A stretch of 63,803 nt of DNA, filler included, from Octopus bimaculoides (lineage: Eukaryota), in assembly GCF_001194135.2 (NCBI RefSeq). It is 3 parts of 3 records of this genome, joined end to end, with 100 filler letters (N's around TTAATTAATTAA, not from the genome) between each part and the next. Parts side by side here need not be neighbours in the genome. Positions count along the whole stretch, not along the records: positions 52,760 to 63,803 come from NC_068982.1; 2 more parts are not named here. One strand, given 5' to 3'. Of this stretch, positions 61,825 through 63,803 are shown one piece after another; the stretch's first letter is position 1, and each line of letters opens with the position of its first letter. The position numbers were made by a program, and so were the translations under genes. Under the pieces are notes generated by a model. It searched no databases and was not told the DNA's origin. It was given only the letters and a program-made list of their open reading frames with translations.

Positions 61825-63520
61825 TTACATTATCTTTTTGAAACTGCAGAAATACAGAAGAAATTAGCTGGTTGAGAAGACTTCATCTTAAATAAATAAT
61901 GTTCTCATTCACATCATTAAAGTATAAAGCAAACATCTCAGTTTCCTGTCAGGATCAATGTAAGATTACCATAAGAAGATTATTAACAACCATAGTTTTT
62001 CTTCTCAGAATGACATTACATACATCTTAAGGTTATCAGTATTTGCATAAAATACATTCTTTCTCTTCAGTATACAGATTATTTCATTAATCTGTATACT
62101 AAAACAACATGAAATAGAAGAGAAATGTAGAATGTTTGGTAATATTTTTCAGTCATTGTTAACACAGTTTTTAATGTTAAGTTATCACAATGAATAATTT
62201 AGATGTATATAGGCTCCACCCAAATTCACTTGTTCACACCTTCTCGTGTTCACACCCATAACTAGTACCAGCTTAACAGCATTATAACTGCCACTTCCTG
62301 CTGGTAAAGCAATGCACTGGGTCCTAGGGCCATCTTAGCAGCATTCTAGGCCCCAGCCAAATGAATGTACTGGACCCTAAAGTATTTATGTTATTGACTG
62401 CAAGTCACAGCATACATAGATCAGAATTGGGTTCCTAGACCTGTGAGGTCCCTGGCAACTGCACATGCCTTCAAATGGCTCTACTGGGGCCTCTAGTGTT
62501 TATTTATTGACAACAGGTTACTGTCCATACTGTTGCACCATCCAAAATTCTGTACGATCCTTTTCATCCAATTCTTCTTCTCTTAAATTCACCAACTTCT
62601 GGGATTCCTTCCATATTTTCCTACAAATATCAATTTACAGATGTTCACTTTGGATATCAGCTTAAGGGTTAGTGAATGTTTTGGGCCCAGCCCAAGCTTT
62701 TGACTAAGCCTTTGAAAAATGTTATTATTGTGGTAAGCATGCAAGGAATGAAGCCAGTATGCTCTGCTGGATGTGTATTGTCAGTGAGCATACACGACAG
62801 TGTGTAAACGCCCTGAGAGAAAAGTTGGATTTAAGAAGCATCAGATGTGGTGTGTAAGAGAGACAACTTCGCTGGTATGGTCATGTGTTGCAAATGGATG
62901 AGGACAGCTGTGTGAAAAAGTGTCACACCCTAGCAGTTGAGGGAACCTGTGGAAGAGGTAGACCCCGGAAAACCTAGGATGAGGTGGTGAAGCATGACCT
63001 TCAAACATTGGGCCTTACCAAGGCAATGACTAGTGACCAGGACCTTTGGAGATATGATGTGCTTGAGAAGACCTGACAAGCCAAGTGAGATCATAGCCCA
63101 TGGCCTATGCCAGTGGGTGTAACCAGCCCATTTATGAATACCCCCCATTCATTGGACAATAAACCTTGCTTGTGAAGACCTGTTGAGGCAAGTGAAATCA
63201 AAATCAAAATTGCTGACGTGGCCGATGACAGTACCGCCTGATTAGCACTCCAGCTATCTATCTATCTTTACACACACAAATATTTGGGTGAATGTCTGTC
63301 TCTCTCTTACTCCATTGATCTTTCCTGATCTTTTGAAACATATTACAGTGTTTATCTTTAGAATAACTGTCACCCTACAATTGTCAATCTGTCACTCTCA
63401 TTTCTAACTTCTCAGAAGTTGATTGAAGCAACTGCAAGCAATCACTTCCTCCAAAACACCCTGTCTTGTTACTCACCAGACGTTCCTTGTCCTTGGAAGC
63501 TTTGACAAAAGTAATGCCAT
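61825..63520 (-). CDS. Candidate spliced small protein (78 aa), four exons, no recognised homolog
   Basis: Coding parts 63520-63477, 62620-62522, 62098-62024 and 61843-61825. All introns are GT-AG and phase 2. Product MALLLSKLPRTRNVWKIWKESQKLVNLREEELDEKDRTEFWMVQQYGHIQINEIICILKRKNVFYANTDNLKIFKKIM. AATAAA at 61771-61776 on minus. Confidence 0.35.
62770..63250 (+). mobile_element. RTE LINE 3' coding fragment and start of 3' UTR
   Basis: LREKLDLRSIRCGV*ERQLRWYGHVLQMDEDSCVKKCHTLAVEGTCGRGRPRKT. Confidence 0.9.
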
Positions 63521-63803
63521 TGGACTTGATTATATCTTAGGCTGCTTGCTTATGGTCTGGTGAGGTGTCTGCTTGCTTGCCTATTGTCTGACATGAGATG
63601 TCTGGTCAATTGTGGATCAAGCCTGTGTACAGAAAATTAAGGAAAAGATAAAGGGTAGTATAATCAGTAAATTTTGATTCTTTCACCTGCACGATTTTCA
63701 CTAAGAAAAAAAAAAACTCATATTTTTTGCATAGAATCAAGTACTCTGACCTCTTAATGTGCTGCAAACCCCTTACTTTTGTTTGGAAAAATAGGATAGG
63801 GTT

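Overview
AT-rich, gap-ridden eukaryotic window dominated by microsatellites and decayed transposons. The SINE repertoire and repeat style suggest an octopus/coleoid cephalopod genome (inference, no database search run). No intact long ORF is present, and nearly all ORF-track entries are microsatellite or N-gap artefacts. Recognisable content: (i) dozens of copies of about four tRNA-headed SINE families, here called A, B, C and V-like; (ii) decayed Penelope-like elements (RT and GIY-YIG parts); (iii) RLE-type non-LTR retrotransposons (HERO-like, R4/NeSL-like) and RTE fragments; (iv) mariner, Tc1/maT-like, Chapaev-like, pogo and hAT remnants and MITEs. The best non-obvious signals are a fully base-paired type I hammerhead ribozyme at 48291-48359, a 97%-identical nested fold-back built from SINE heads at 54090-54433, a housekeeping-type promoter motif cluster at 53471-53570, and a phase-consistent candidate four-exon small gene on the minus strand at 61825-63622. 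Boundaries of decayed elements are approximate (tens of bp). All translations and alignments were done by eye.
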